The notes under the pieces are model-generated. The model did not search any database, was not told where the DNA came from, and saw only the letters and a program-made list of their open reading frames with translations. Shown here in pieces: positions 27,956-29,262 of a stretch of 29,262 nucleotides of DNA. The stretch is taken from positions 1 to 29,262 of the forward strand of contig JAHQWG010000031.1 of the NCBI GenBank assembly GCA_029856045.1. The letters are read 5' to 3'. A program made the translations under genes and the position numbers. The stretch is from Promethearchaeia archaeon. Lineage in GTDB: Archaea; Asgardarchaeota; Lokiarchaeia; Sigyniarchaeales; SOKP01. Within the stretch, counting starts at the first letter, position 1. Each line of letters starts with the position of its first letter.

Positions 27956-27976
27956 ATCCCTTGATCCTCCGTAAAT

Positions 27977-28678
27977 TTATACCTTGCCTAAACCTATATT
28001 AACTTTAGCATTTGGTCTTACTGAAAATCCCTGTTGAGTTAGTAAATCAAGTATTGGAATCGCCCCATTTTTCATTACTTGGGAAATAACACCTACTGTA
28101 AATACGGTATCAATAGTTTTTTCTATTTGTTTTATCGCTTGTAAGACCAAAATCGCTTTATTTAAAGGCACTTTAAATTCAATAATTGCAGAAAGAACAC
28201 GTTCTTCTTTTATATCTTTCTTAATATGCCCACTATCATCAATTAAAAGTGCTGAAACAGGACTTTCCCTTTCAAAATTTACACCAATAGATGTTAATTT
28301 CGTTGTGAATAATTCTATATTTCCAAGATGAGTTCCTACTCCAGGTCGTCCAATTTCAATAGAAAAACCGATTTCATCCACACCAAAACGATTGGTTACA
28401 TCGTTAGTTTTCATCTCTTCTGTCCCTCTTCCGGGTATTCCTGTTAGTTTATGAGTAGAAATTACATCACTAAAGGGACTTCTAATCACTCGAGGCCATT
28501 TTAATCGTCTGGATCTAATTGCATTGACGAGACAATCAGCATTCCTTTTACAAATAGAACATTCTACACAGAGAGTCTTATCTATAACTGCAATATTATC
28601 AATTAATTTGATCGCCTGAACGGGACAAATAATGACGCACTGTCCGCACCCTATACAAAGATCAGCTTTTATTTCCAT
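27977..28678 (-). CDS. 2x[4Fe-4S] ferredoxin-domain protein with conserved C-terminal domain
   Basis: CIGCGQCVIICP and CVECSIC...C; GRGTEEMKTNDVTNR, EIGRPGVG, VLSAIIEF, RPNAKVNIGLG. Confidence 0.85.
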   Translation of the reverse strand: MEIKADLCIGCGQCVIICPVQAIKLIDNIAVIDKTLCVECSICKRNADCLVNAIRSRRLKWPRVIRSPFSDVISTHKLTGIPGRGTEEMKTNDVTNRFGVDEIGFSIEIGRPGVGTHLGNIELFTTKLTSIGVNFERESPVSALLIDDSGHIKKDIKEERVLSAIIEFKVPLNKAILVLQAIKQIEKTIDTVFTVGVISQVMKNGAIPILDLLTQQGFSVRPNAKVNIGLGKV

Positions 28679-28689
28679 TGCACTAATTC

Positions 28690-29262
28690 CTATTCTTGCT
28701 TTACTTCTTTCTCTTTCTTCTGTCCAGATTTAATTTTATCTATGTCACGAGGCAAAAATTTAAAAATTGGAATTAAAAGTAAATTACTTAATAAAGCCAT
28801 AATAGCTAATATAACGTAAGCAGGTCTATATTGATTATTAAAAAATACAAATAGTTGTCCAACAATCAATAAACTTATACTTCGACCAATGGTGATTGTT
28901 AATAAATAATTTAGTGAATAAATAGTTGATCTAATTTGAGGAGGATTAATTTCTCCGAGCGTCGCTTGAGTAAGTGGATCTATACCCCCAAAAAAGAAAG
29001 CACCTGAAATTGTAAGAAGAAGGAATATAATTACCATTAAAATTTCAGTAGATGTAAAAACCAATGAAAAAGCTACAATATAAAAAAGTGATCCGGTTAT
29101 GAGACAAACCAGAACCATTTTCATTCTTCCTTTTTTGTTTTTTTCATAGCTTTTATCACCGATATATCCGAAAAGGGGACCACTCGGAATTTGACTTCCA
29201 AAAATTATAATTAAAAAGATCGTTGCAATTGTGGAGCTAAATTGGTAATCATTTTTCAACAT
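28690..29262 (-). CDS. MFS transporter, C-terminal half (truncated at window end)
   Basis: GPLFGYIGDK...KKGR (motif A repeat), EINPPQIRST, about 5 TM segments. Confidence 0.85.
   Translation of the reverse strand: MLKNDYQFSSTIATIFLIIIFGSQIPSGPLFGYIGDKSYEKNKKGRMKMVLVCLITGSLFYIVAFSLVFTSTEILMVIIFLLLTISGAFFFGGIDPLTQATLGEINPPQIRSTIYSLNYLLTITIGRSISLLIVGQLFVFFNNQYRPAYVILAIMALLSNLLLIPIFKFLPRDIDKIKSGQKKEKEVKQE

Noticed and set aside
1-29262. CRISPR array, tRNA/rRNA, integrase/transposase, defence system
   Set aside because: No regularly spaced repeats, cloverleafs or recombinase/nuclease motifs were seen. The sirtuin is a canonical CobB type rather than a defence-associated SIR2.

Overview
AT-rich (roughly 28-30% GC by eye), gene-dense archaeal region, most likely from a Lokiarchaeia/Promethearchaeia (Asgard) genome. 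The placement rests on a gelsolin-domain + 'X'-repeat protein, an F420-linked FrhB-family protein, multiple URO-D-family and GbsR-like paralogues, and oligo(T) terminators. No rRNA, tRNA, CRISPR array or intact transposase was seen. Carbohydrate genes are GH13 (partial), GH127, GH4 and GH51 glycosidases, two MFS transporters and an esterase, with two URO-D-family genes interleaved among them. Other contents are a sirtuin, a radical SAM protein, a CPBP membrane protease, and an uncharacterised two-gene Fe-S cassette. The most unusual items are: (i) an FpoF/FrhB-type F420 flavo-Fe-S protein fused to a TrmB-type winged-helix domain, a candidate F420-redox-sensing one-component regulator; (ii) two head-to-head DRE-TIM (homocitrate/isopropylmalate synthase-like) paralogues sharing non-canonical acidic active-site substitutions; (iii) a mirror-like module of two methyltransferases divergent from two GbsR-like regulators, with a dense operator array between them; (iv) URO-D-family genes coupled to arabinose/galactose glycosidases. 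All family calls come from motif recognition by eye, not database searches.
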